A DNA stretch of 64,000 bases from an uncultured Clostridia bacterium (GCA_947629535.1 CANREC010000002.1:265-64264); one strand, 5' to 3'. Shown: positions 34,552 through 43,216, counted from the stretch's first letter. A program made the numbers and translations. The notes: generated by a model from the letters alone, not told the origin.

Positions 34552-35678
34552 AACTGCTTGCGCTCATCAAGAAGGAATTCCATCGGTTTTTCCACGACCC
34601 GCGGCTCATTGTCACCATGCTGCTCCCCGGGCTCGTCATCTTCCTGCTCTACACGGTCATGGGCGAGGCCATCCATGCGGAGCCCGAAAAGGATGCGTAT
34701 AAGGTCTATGTGCAGGGCGAGGCCCCGCTTATCACGTCCATGATCGAAATGGCCGTCGGCGAGGAGGGCAACACCGTCGAGTGGCTCCCGCTCGAGGATA
34801 TGGATGCGGCGAAAAAGCAAGTGGAAGATGGAGAGGCGACAGCCATTCTCATCTTTACGGAAAATTTCGAGAATTTTCTCGAATACGGCGCCGATCCCGA
34901 CGATTTTGTCGTCTCCGTCGTCTATGACCCCATGGACGATGTCGGCAGCAGCTTTTATATGCTCTCGACCGCGCTCCTGCAGCAGATCGGCATGAAATTC
35001 ACCATACAAGCAGAACCGCTCGTCTCCGAGGAACACATCGGCCGCGAGATCATGCAGCAGATCCTGCCCTTCATCATCGTCTGTTTCGTATTCTCGGCCT
35101 GCATGTCCGTCACTCTCGAATCGGTGGCGGGGGAAAAGGAGCGGGGCACCCTTTCGACCATCCTTGTCACTTCGGCCAAACGCTCGCACATCGCGCTCGG
35201 CAAGATCATCCCGCTCGCATGTATCTCTATGCTCGGGGCGGTCTCGAGTTTTCTCGGTGTCGTTCTCTCGATGCCAAGACTTATGGGCGTTTCAATGGGA
35301 ATGTTCGGCGGATACAGATTCAGCGCGTATATTCTCTTGTTCCTTCTCATCGTGAGTTTCGTTCCGCTCATCGTCGCCCTCATCTCGACGATCTCCACGG
35401 CGGCGCGTTCGGTGAAGGAGGCCTCTGCCTACACAAGCGTTCTCATGATCTTTGTGATGGTCATCTCGCTTGTGACGGCGTTCATTCCCGTGCTCGGCGA
35501 TTGGGCCGTCGTCATCCCCGTGCTCAACGCCGTCATCTTCGTGCAACAGCTCCTCGCGGGGACGCTCCCCGTGTGGCAGTCGCTCGTCAGCGTCGGGATG
35601 AATCTCCTCTACACGGCAGCCCTCGTCTTTGCGATGACGAAGATGCTGTCCAGTGAAAAAATCATGTTCGGGAAGTGA
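34548..35678 (+). CDS. ABC-2-type transporter permease (NatB-like)
   Basis: 376 aa. One N-terminal TM, a large extracytoplasmic loop and a C-terminal TM bundle. The start overlaps the ATPase stop. Confidence 0.75.
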   Translation: MKLLALIKKEFHRFFHDPRLIVTMLLPGLVIFLLYTVMGEAIHAEPEKDAYKVYVQGEAPLITSMIEMAVGEEGNTVEWLPLEDMDAAKKQVEDGEATAILIFTENFENFLEYGADPDDFVVSVVYDPMDDVGSSFYMLSTALLQQIGMKFTIQAEPLVSEEHIGREIMQQILPFIIVCFVFSACMSVTLESVAGEKERGTLSTILVTSAKRSHIALGKIIPLACISMLGAVSSFLGVVLSMPRLMGVSMGMFGGYRFSAYILLFLLIVSFVPLIVALISTISTAARSVKEASAYTSVLMIFVMVISLVTAFIPVLGDWAVVIPVLNAVIFVQQLLAGTLPVWQSLVSVGMNLLYTAALVFAMTKMLSSEKIMFGK

Positions 35679-35682
35679 GACT

Positions 35683-36921
35683 ATGGACGAATTTTTGAGA
35701 CTGTATCTGACAGGAAGACGGGCGGAAGATCTTCAAAAATTCCGCCGTTTCCGCACGGTCATCGGCCTTTTGGGCGCGATTTTAGCCGTGATACCCGTGT
35801 TTGTCAATCTTTTCGGCGCTCCAAACGCCCCGCTGAGCATTGCCATGACCGTACTTGGGTTCCTTTTCGAGGCCGCGGCGACGGTCCTTTCTTTCGTGCA
35901 GAAGAAGTTTGTCGATACCCTCGTCGAGCTCGAAAATGCCGCGATCGAGATCGAAAAACAGGGTGAAGAGAGGGAAAACTACAAAAAACTCTATGAGGCG
36001 TGGCGGGAGACCTTCGGAAAACAAAATCTTCGCATGATCGTATCGGCCGCATTCACCGTGCTCGGGTTCGGGACCCTCGCCGCGGCCGTGCTCCTTTCAA
36101 CATTTTTGGAACTTCCCGAAATCGTTCTGCCCATCGCGTGTCTCGTCGCCGCAGTCGTTCTCGCGACCCCCGCATTCATGCAAGCGACGGGCGAGGCGAA
36201 GGCGCGGGCCATGCTCTACGAAAAGGCGGGGCGGGAGATCGACGAGATCAAGCGCAGCAAATTCGGCGTTTCCGAAAGGAAGATCTTTTCACAGTCCGAA
36301 AACGCCCGTGGCTACTCGGCTCTTCCCGTACCCGTTGCGGCGTTTTTGAAAGAGGAGGCCGAAAAAGAGGACTTCCGCACCGTCAACAAGCGGAGCGGAA
36401 TTGTCGCCGCCTTCCTCGGACTTGTTTTCGTCGCCTTGATCTTTCTCATGGGATTTTGGGAGGAAATGGAGCCGACGGTCGCTTGGACAGTCATATTGAG
36501 CGTGCTTGCGGCCGCGCTTGTGCTCTTTTTCGCGCTCGCCCTTCCCCTTGAAGGCAGAAAGAAGGGGATCTACAAAAGAAATGCGCAAAAACTCGCGGAC
36601 AGCCGTGCCGACACCATTCGCCGACAGTTGCAGGGCGCGTGGATCGCGCAGCAGAGAAGGGGGAACATCATGTTTCTGTGCTTTCTGCTTGCGCCTCTTG
36701 TCATCGGCATCGTCTACGGGAGCATCGGCCATGCGCTTGGATATGAGCTCAGCCTCATCGTCGCGATTGGGTCGACTTTTATGATATGTCTCATTCCCGC
36801 GGCGATCGTTTCCTTGATCATTTGGACCATCATGTACGCCGTTTACCGCAAGCGCGTGCGCCCGGCGGAGGCTGAACTTCAAAAAATACTCGAAGAGGAG
36901 AGACCGGATGAACGACGGTGA
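35683..36921 (+). CDS. Hypothetical 8-TM membrane protein built from four TM-hairpin + charged-helix modules
   Basis: ATG at 35683. Four pairs of hydrophobic helices, each followed by a Lys/Arg/Glu-rich segment. Confidence 0.6.
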   Translation: MDEFLRLYLTGRRAEDLQKFRRFRTVIGLLGAILAVIPVFVNLFGAPNAPLSIAMTVLGFLFEAAATVLSFVQKKFVDTLVELENAAIEIEKQGEERENYKKLYEAWRETFGKQNLRMIVSAAFTVLGFGTLAAAVLLSTFLELPEIVLPIACLVAAVVLATPAFMQATGEAKARAMLYEKAGREIDEIKRSKFGVSERKIFSQSENARGYSALPVPVAAFLKEEAEKEDFRTVNKRSGIVAAFLGLVFVALIFLMGFWEEMEPTVAWTVILSVLAAALVLFFALALPLEGRKKGIYKRNAQKLADSRADTIRRQLQGAWIAQQRRGNIMFLCFLLAPLVIGIVYGSIGHALGYELSLIVAIGSTFMICLIPAAIVSLIIWTIMYAVYRKRVRPAEAELQKILEEERPDERR

Positions 36922-37096
36922 TAAGAGTAAAAAACAGGTGCCGCTACGGCTCAGCCCGTCGCTCTATGCAGAGCTCTCGAAGTGGGCGGAGGAGGAATTC
37001 CGTTCGCTCAACGGGCAGATAGAATATCTTCTCTCGAACTGCGTCAAAAAGCGCAGAGGGGGGAAATCGTCCAAAAAAGAGGGGGATGACGTATAA
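36908..37096 (+). CDS. Arc/MetJ-type ribbon-helix-helix DNA-binding protein
   Basis: 62 aa. VPLRLSPSLYAELSKWAEEEFRSLNGQIEYLL matches the Arc-like RHH pattern. The start overlaps the preceding gene by 14 nt. Confidence 0.7.
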   Translation: MNDGDKSKKQVPLRLSPSLYAELSKWAEEEFRSLNGQIEYLLSNCVKKRRGGKSSKKEGDDV

Positions 37097-37123
37097 TTCT
37101 CCCCGATTTTTGCCTTTTTGAAA

Positions 37124-37146
37124 AGTATTATGTCAGACATAATACA
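37124..37146. promoter_or_regulatory. Palindrome copy 3: GTATTATGTC-A-GACATAATAC (candidate operator/promoter)
   Basis: Perfect dyad at 37125-37145. TTGAAA (37118-37123) lies immediately upstream and TAATAC sits within the right arm. It is 28 nt after the RHH stop and 40 nt before the ATG at 37185. Confidence 0.6.
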
Positions 37147-37184
37147 TGTAAAATCATAATTTTATTGTCTTTGAAGGAGCTTTT

Positions 37185-37523
37185 ATGTCTATACCTTTAG
37201 GGATCGCGCTCGGCGTCAATGTTGCGCTGATCGTTATATTGGTCATTTTTATTTGCGTGCGGATCCGTACCATTTCGAGGAGCTTTGTCTACACTGTCAA
37301 GGGCAAAGAGGTCGTTGTCCGTTACACCTTCAAAAACGGAGCGCAGATCTTTGTGAATGGGTCGCTCGAGGAGCAGTATTTGAACAGCCATGCTTCCCGC
37401 TTTACCATCCGTGCCACGATCGATGGGGAGGAATTCAAGGCACATGTTTCGATCGGCTTTTCAGTCAAGATCGAGGCATACTATCAAGGCGCGCTTTTGA
37501 CCCCCGATTCGGTCGGAAAATAA
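37185..37523 (+). CDS. Hypothetical small membrane-anchored protein
   Basis: 112 aa with SD GAAGGAG. One N-terminal TM (IALGVNVALIVILVIFICV), then a beta-rich domain. A terminator follows. Confidence 0.65.
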   Translation: MSIPLGIALGVNVALIVILVIFICVRIRTISRSFVYTVKGKEVVVRYTFKNGAQIFVNGSLEEQYLNSHASRFTIRATIDGEEFKAHVSIGFSVKIEAYYQGALLTPDSVGK

Positions 37524-37541
37524 TTTTTGATGACACGAAAA

Positions 37542-37567
37542 AGACCCGCGTACTGCGGGTCTTTGTT
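37542..37567 (+). terminator. Rho-independent terminator
   Basis: AGACCCGC, loop GTACT, GCGGGTCT, then TTGTT. Confidence 0.8.
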
Positions 37568-37599
37568 ATGGAAAAAGAATATAGATCCGTAAGTTTTAT

Positions 37600-37762
37600 G
37601 GGATTCTTCGATCGCTATGCTCCCTCAGAATGAGCGGTGGGCTACGACCTGCCGCGCTCCTGAGCGATCGCGCTCATCCTGAGCGTAGCGAAGGATCTCA
37701 TAAACCTACGGAGCTTAACTTCGTTCAAGGGGATTCTTCGGGCTTTGCCCTCAGAATGAGCG
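37600..37762. repeat. Cluster of three hairpin-type repeat units (REP-like), alternating orientation
   Basis: Units at 37600-37636 (+), 37671-37699 (inverted) and 37729-37762 (+). Consensus G(R)GATYCTTCG-N5-13-CTCAGRATGAGCG. A partial unit lies at 37655-37666. Confidence 0.7.
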
Positions 37763-37772
37763 AAGAGGGGAA

Positions 37773-39488
37773 TTAAGCTCTTTCTTCTTTGACCTTTTTA
37801 TAGCCTTTTTTAGGCTTTGAGCGGAAGAAATCGATCTTGTTTCCGAACTTGAGGAGCAGGACGCCGCCGACGATCGCGGCCACGGCGACGACGATCACGA
37901 CGATCGTCCACAGCTCGAGGGATTCGGCCTTGACGCGCGACCAAAGCTCGTTGATGCGCACGCTGGCCTCTTCGTCGTAATAGTCCATAACGGCGCTTCT
38001 TGCAATGACTTCGGGAGTGGGGAACTGGGCAAAGAGCTGGCGTTTCGTGCACTGCTCCTCGTCCGCAAAGATGCCGTACGTCCCGTCCTCGGCGCCGAAG
38101 AAGTAGGAGAGGTCGTAGAATTCGCCTTCATCCTCTTCCTCGCCGTAGAGATAGTCGGCATAAGTGAGCATGGCGGGGTCGGCATCGTCTTCCTCGGGGA
38201 TCTCGCCCGCGATGACGGACGTATAGCCGATGTAGTAGCTGTTCCGCATGGCGTTCTGGGGCATCGACATGAAGTTGACGAAGGCCTCAGCGGCCTGTTT
38301 GTTGGCGCCCTTTGGCATGACCCACCCGTCAAAGAAGAGATTGGAACCCGCCTCGGGGACGAAATAGTTGAGATAGGCCGTCGCTTCGTCCTCGCCGTCC
38401 TCGCTCTTGCCGCTCTCTGCAAGGTCGAGGGCATACACGGCGTCGCCGCTCCACGCATAGTTTAGCCAGATCTTTCCGTTCACCATGTCCGACTTGCCCG
38501 TGTCTGTCTCAAAGCTGTAGATGTTGTCCTTGATTGCCATGAGCGTAGGCTCGACTTCGCCAATTGTGTCGTTGTCGGTCGCATTGAAGATCGCAGTGAG
38601 CCTCGGGATATAGTCGTCGGCCGACCTGTCAAGCTCCATGAGTTCATCCTGATAGGCGACGCCGAGGGCGGCAAAGTAGGTGTCACGCACGTTGTCCTTT
38701 GCCGTGATCTTGCCCTTGAAACGGCCGTCCGTGAATACGTCCCAGCCAAGTTCTTGCAGGGCCTCTTCGGGAATGCCTGCCGCGGCAAGGGCTGCGGGAT
38801 TGTACACAAAGCCCGTCGTGCCCCACATATAGCCCGCGGCGTAGTCCCTCCAATAGATATCCTCGCCGTCGGGGTCCTTTCTGATCTCGAGCCCCGCATT
38901 CGTCGCAAATTTTTCGGCGATGAAGGGGGAGACATTGCGGACGTAGTAGTTTTCTTCGAGGCTTTCGTCGAAGAAACTCTCGTCGTACTTCTCAAGCCTT
39001 CCTTCCGCCGCAAGTTTCATGATCATGTAGTCGGAAGGGCACAGAAGGTCGTATTCGTTGCCGAGAACGATCTCGTTGTACATGTCCTCGTTGGTGCCGA
39101 AGGTGGAATATTCCACCCTGATCTTCTGCCCGTATTTGCGTTCGTACCATGCGCAGAAATCATCGAGAACGCGGGGACCCTCTTCAAATTCCTCGAAAAG
39201 GTCCTCTCCCATGGCCTCTCTGTACCATGCCTTGTAATCATCGTCCACGATGTTCGATTCGATATGGATATGGTTACCTTGTTCGTCCTTGACGGGCTTG
39301 CCTTCCTCGTCGAGCTCATGGAGTTCGTCGAAGATGAACGTCCCTTCGCCGCCCTCGTCGATGTATTCTTCCCAATTGTAGACGCGAAGGGTAATGACTT
39401 CTTCCCCGCCGCATGCCGTGAGCGTCGCAAGGGTGGGGAGGAGCATGGCGCCCGCGAGGGCGACCGAGATGATACGTTTTTGTTTCAT
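37773..39488 (-). CDS. potD: Spermidine/putrescine-type ABC substrate-binding lipoprotein, enlarged, with a C-terminal TM helix
   Basis: Lipobox LTAC at the N-terminus. PotD-like core (LRVYNWEEYI, GYMWGTTG, WSGDA). 571 aa with acidic insertions. C-terminal segment LWTIVVIVVAVAAIVGGVLLL. Confidence 0.75.
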   Translation of the reverse strand: MKQKRIISVALAGAMLLPTLATLTACGGEEVITLRVYNWEEYIDEGGEGTFIFDELHELDEEGKPVKDEQGNHIHIESNIVDDDYKAWYREAMGEDLFEEFEEGPRVLDDFCAWYERKYGQKIRVEYSTFGTNEDMYNEIVLGNEYDLLCPSDYMIMKLAAEGRLEKYDESFFDESLEENYYVRNVSPFIAEKFATNAGLEIRKDPDGEDIYWRDYAAGYMWGTTGFVYNPAALAAAGIPEEALQELGWDVFTDGRFKGKITAKDNVRDTYFAALGVAYQDELMELDRSADDYIPRLTAIFNATDNDTIGEVEPTLMAIKDNIYSFETDTGKSDMVNGKIWLNYAWSGDAVYALDLAESGKSEDGEDEATAYLNYFVPEAGSNLFFDGWVMPKGANKQAAEAFVNFMSMPQNAMRNSYYIGYTSVIAGEIPEEDDADPAMLTYADYLYGEEEDEGEFYDLSYFFGAEDGTYGIFADEEQCTKRQLFAQFPTPEVIARSAVMDYYDEEASVRINELWSRVKAESLELWTIVVIVVAVAAIVGGVLLLKFGNKIDFFRSKPKKGYKKVKEERA

Positions 39489-40294
39489 CTGTCTGCCTCC
39501 TTTTTGCGCCCTGCGAGATTGGAGATGAGCACGAACAGCACAATGACGACGAAGATGATGGTCGTGAGCGCCCAGAAGGAGGAGAGCGTCACTGCCGTGT
39601 GGGCATTGCCCTTCATCGTCGCGTTAAAGACATAGGTGGAGATCGTCTCAAATCCTGCGGGCCGCGTGTAGACGGTGACGATGTAGTCGTCGAGAGAGAG
39701 GGTGATCGCAAGCATGAATCCCGAGATGACGCCCGGGATGATCTGCGGGAGAACGACCTGCATGAGCGCCTTGAAGGGGCTTGCACCGAGGTCTAAAGCC
39801 GCCTCATAGAGGGAATTATCCATCTGCTTGAGTTTTGGCATGACGGAGAGCACGACAAAGGGCGTGCATATGACCATATGTCCGATGAGAAGGGTGAAAT
39901 AGGATTTTCCGAGCCCGACTGCGACAAATGTGACCGCAAGAGCGAGGGCCGTGACGATCTCGGCATTGATAACGGGGATCTGCGAAACGGTGTGGATGGC
40001 GGTTTTTGTGCGCTTTTTGCAGTAGAACATGCCGAGTGCGCCCATCGTTCCGAGCACGGTGGAGAGCGTCGCCGAAAGGAAGGCGAGCAGGAAGGTGTTC
40101 CCGATCATGCCGAGCACCTTGGGGTTGGTCAAGAGATCTGTGTAATGCTTGAACGAGAATCCTTGGAACCGCCCGATCATGTCTGTCTTGTCAAAACTGT
40201 ATACGGCAAGGAGCAGGATGGGGAGATACAGAATAAGGAGCACGAGCCCGACGGCCGCGGCCTTGAAACACTTTGCGAGAATAGGATGTTTCAT
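39485..40294 (-). CDS. potC: Polyamine ABC transporter permease
   Basis: ATG at 40294 overlaps the potB stop. EAA-type loop EAALDLGASPFKALMQV. Confidence 0.85.
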   Translation of the reverse strand: MKHPILAKCFKAAAVGLVLLILYLPILLLAVYSFDKTDMIGRFQGFSFKHYTDLLTNPKVLGMIGNTFLLAFLSATLSTVLGTMGALGMFYCKKRTKTAIHTVSQIPVINAEIVTALALAVTFVAVGLGKSYFTLLIGHMVICTPFVVLSVMPKLKQMDNSLYEAALDLGASPFKALMQVVLPQIIPGVISGFMLAITLSLDDYIVTVYTRPAGFETISTYVFNATMKGNAHTAVTLSSFWALTTIIFVVIVLFVLISNLAGRKKEADR

Positions 40295-41100
40295 ATGTTC
40301 GTCCCCCTGACATTTTCTTCCGATTTGAATCCGCCCGATAGCAGGGTGGACGCAAAGACGACGATGAGCAGAACGAGTGCCACCATCGAGCCCATATGCC
40401 AATCGGAGCCGAAATATTCATAGATAAATTTGCCGATGATAGTCACCTTGGCATTGCCGAGCATGTCAGAGACGACATAGTTCGTCATGGAAGGGAGAAA
40501 GACCATCGTGACGCCGCTCATGATCCCCGGCATCGAGAGGGGGAGCGTGATACGGAAGAAGGTCGTAAAGACATTTCCGCCGAGATCTGCGCTCGCCTCA
40601 TAGAGCGAATCGTCGATCTTCAGCATCGTCGTATACAGCGGAAGGACCATAAAGGGCAGGAAGTCGTACACCATGCCGACGATCGTCTTGAAGATGTTTG
40701 CGCTCTCGAGCCATGCAAGCGCCTCCGCCTGCGAAAGAAGGTTGAAAAATTCACGGATGGCATTGACCCTCAGGACAAAATTGATCCACATGGGCAGAAC
40801 GAAGAGCATCAGGATGACAAATTTCTTCTTGAGCTTGCTCCGCGCGAGGATGAGCGCCACGGGATAGGCGATGAGAAGGCAGACGACCGTCGTGATGAGG
40901 GCGATGACGATGGAATAGACGATCGTCGAGAGTTTCGTCGGATCCGAGAAGAATCTCAAGAAGTTCGAGAAGGAGAAGTGCATCTGCCTGTCCGTGAATG
41001 CGTAAAAGAGGATCACGCACATCGGTACGATGACGAAGAAGAGCAAAAAGACGGCATAGGGGATGCAGAGCGTCTTTCTCGAGAAACGGGGGATCTTCAT
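40291..41100 (-). CDS. potB: Polyamine ABC transporter permease
   Basis: 269 aa. EAA loop [20 protein letters not shown]. Confidence 0.85.
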   Translation of the reverse strand: MKIPRFSRKTLCIPYAVFLLFFVIVPMCVILFYAFTDRQMHFSFSNFLRFFSDPTKLSTIVYSIVIALITTVVCLLIAYPVALILARSKLKKKFVILMLFVLPMWINFVLRVNAIREFFNLLSQAEALAWLESANIFKTIVGMVYDFLPFMVLPLYTTMLKIDDSLYEASADLGGNVFTTFFRITLPLSMPGIMSGVTMVFLPSMTNYVVSDMLGNAKVTIIGKFIYEYFGSDWHMGSMVALVLLIVVFASTLLSGGFKSEENVRGTNI

Positions 41101-42611
41101 GCTTCCTCCTCCTTTGCCTTGGGCTTGAGGGAAAGCTTGATCTTCTCTTTCGGAATGATGACGGAGACATAGTCGTTCTCATTCCAAAGGTCCTCGGTCG
41201 CAAGGACAAAGTCCTCATCCTCGTCGCTGTCGCCCGTGCGGACGATGACGCGGTAGTGGTCGCCCTTATAGATGATGGAGATGATGTGTCCCGTCGTGCC
41301 GCCCGCATCCTCGTCGTCGCTGATCGTGATGTCGTTGAGCCCGACCTCGACGCGCACCTGTGTGTCCGTGAGGTCGATCTTTTCGCCCTCCTTCGTGACG
41401 AGATATTCCTCCTCGTCGATATGGCTCCCGGGATAGAGCTGCGTGACGTCGCAGTCGAATTCTCCGTTCGCAAAGGCGACGGTATTGTGCTTGGTGATGA
41501 CGCCGTCGAAGAAGTTGGTCGTGTATTTTGGTTTCATGAGATGGATCCCGTCGGGTGCGACGCACATGCCGATCGTCTCTCCGACGCGTCTCGATTCCGT
41601 GCTCTGTACGACGACTTCATATTTGCCGACCTGCACCGTGATCTCATAGTGGATGCCCTTAAAGACGACGGAGATAACTTCTCCCTTGAGCGTCCCCTGT
41701 TCGGGCGGGCACATCTTGATGTCCTCGGGACGTACGACGACGTCGACGAGCTCGTTCAGCTCGAAATCATCGACGCAATCGAAGGTCTTGCCGCAAAAAC
41801 GGACCTTTTGCTTGCCCACGACGGTGCCGTTGAAGATGTTGCTCTCCCCGATAAAGTCGGCGACGAAGGTGTTGGACGGCTCGTTGTAGATCTTGGTCGG
41901 CGTGCCGATCTGTTGCACGACGCCGTCCGCCATGACGACGATGGTGTCCGACATCGTGAGCGCCTCTTCCTGATCGTGGGTCACATAGATGAAGGTGATG
42001 CCGAGACGGTCGTGCATCTTCTTGAGCTCGATCTGCATCTCCTTTCTCATTTTGAGGTCGAGCGCGCCGAGGGGCTCGTCGAGGAGCAGGATCTCGGGCT
42101 CGTTCACGATCGCTCTCGCGATGGCGACGCGCTGTTGCTGGCCGCCCGAGAGGGTAGAGATCGAACGTTTTTCAAAGCCCTCGAGGTCAACGATCTCGAG
42201 CGCTTTCTGGACCTTGGCGGAGATCTCTTTCTTGGTGAGTTTCTCCTTTTTGGTGTACTCATCGCCCTTGTCGTTGCGATAGGTGCTGATGACCCGCTTG
42301 CACTTCAGCCCGAAAGCGATGTTCTCATACACGTTGAGGTGGGGGAAGAGAGCATACCGTTGAAAGACGGTATTGACGGGGCGCTTGTTGGGCGGCAGGG
42401 AAGAGATGTCCTCGCCATGCAGGAGGATCTGCCCGCTTGTGGGAAGATCAAACCCCGCGATCATGCGGAGCGTCGTCGTCTTTCCGCAGCCGGACGGGCC
42501 CAAAAAGGTGATGAATTCTCCCTTGTTGACGTAAAAACTCACATTGTCGATGATGAGATTTTCGCCGAAGTACTTTGTAACTCCCTTGAGTTCGATGATG
42601 TGTTCCGCCAT
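41097..42611 (-). CDS. potA: Polyamine ABC transporter ATPase with an extended C-terminus (about 130 extra aa)
   Basis: ATG at 42611 with SD GGAG. Walker [10 protein letters not shown], signature LSGGQQQRV. 504 aa, against about 370 usually, with the beta-rich tail apparently duplicated. Confidence 0.85.
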   Translation of the reverse strand: MAEHIIELKGVTKYFGENLIIDNVSFYVNKGEFITFLGPSGCGKTTTLRMIAGFDLPTSGQILLHGEDISSLPPNKRPVNTVFQRYALFPHLNVYENIAFGLKCKRVISTYRNDKGDEYTKKEKLTKKEISAKVQKALEIVDLEGFEKRSISTLSGGQQQRVAIARAIVNEPEILLLDEPLGALDLKMRKEMQIELKKMHDRLGITFIYVTHDQEEALTMSDTIVVMADGVVQQIGTPTKIYNEPSNTFVADFIGESNIFNGTVVGKQKVRFCGKTFDCVDDFELNELVDVVVRPEDIKMCPPEQGTLKGEVISVVFKGIHYEITVQVGKYEVVVQSTESRRVGETIGMCVAPDGIHLMKPKYTTNFFDGVITKHNTVAFANGEFDCDVTQLYPGSHIDEEEYLVTKEGEKIDLTDTQVRVEVGLNDITISDDEDAGGTTGHIISIIYKGDHYRVIVRTGDSDEDEDFVLATEDLWNENDYVSVIIPKEKIKLSLKPKAKEEEA

Positions 42612-42631
42612 GACTGTCTCCTTCGTATTTA

Positions 42632-43165
42632 TCAAAAGTTCGGAGGGGTGGAGATCCAGATGAATTTCGCTTTCCCCTTTCCCTTATTTACTATATAGTG
42701 TTCCTTTCCCGCCGTGAAATAAAAGCTCTCGCCCTTTTTTGCGATGTGCTGTTTTTGGGAAAGAACGACGGCGATCCTTCCCTCGAGCACATAGCCGAAC
42801 TCTTCCCCCTCATGGGGGAAGTCTGGCTGTGTCTGCGCCTGCGGCCCGAGCTCCACGAGCACGGGCTCCATCATGTTCTTCTGGGCGTTGGGGATGACCC
42901 AGCTGAGCGTCATGCCCTCCGACTGCTTTTCGATGTACTCCGCCTCGGTAAAGACGACCTTCTCTTCCGACTCTTCATGGAAGAAATCGGAAAGATTGCT
43001 CCCAAGCGCGTTCAACAGATCGACAAGCGTCGCGATGGAGGGGCTCGTGAGATCGTTTTCGAGCTGAGAGATGTATCCCTTCGTCAGTTCGCACCTGTCG
43101 GCGAGCTCTTCCTGCGTCAGATTTTTTTGCTGGCGCATCTCTTTCAGCTTTGCACCAAGTTCCAT
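42632..43165 (-). CDS. XRE-family HTH transcriptional regulator with a C-terminal cupin domain (PuuR-like)
   Basis: [25 protein letters not shown], and a cupin-like C-terminus. The ATG at 43165 is preferred over the GTG at 43171 on SD spacing. Confidence 0.8.
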   Translation of the reverse strand: MELGAKLKEMRQQKNLTQEELADRCELTKGYISQLENDLTSPSIATLVDLLNALGSNLSDFFHEESEEKVVFTEAEYIEKQSEGMTLSWVIPNAQKNMMEPVLVELGPQAQTQPDFPHEGEEFGYVLEGRIAVVLSQKQHIAKKGESFYFTAGKEHYIVNKGKGKAKFIWISTPPNF

Positions 43166-43178
43166 TTTCACACTCCGT

Positions 43179-43216
43179 GTTTAGTTTGACTAAACTTTTT
43201 GATATTTTTTATCAAA
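43179..43216. promoter_or_regulatory. Two adjacent dyads upstream of the XRE regulator (candidate operators)
   Basis: GTTTAGT-TTG-ACTAAAC (43179-43195) and TTTGATA-TTTTT-TATCAAA (43198-43216). Both lie between the promoter and the start codon. Confidence 0.45.
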
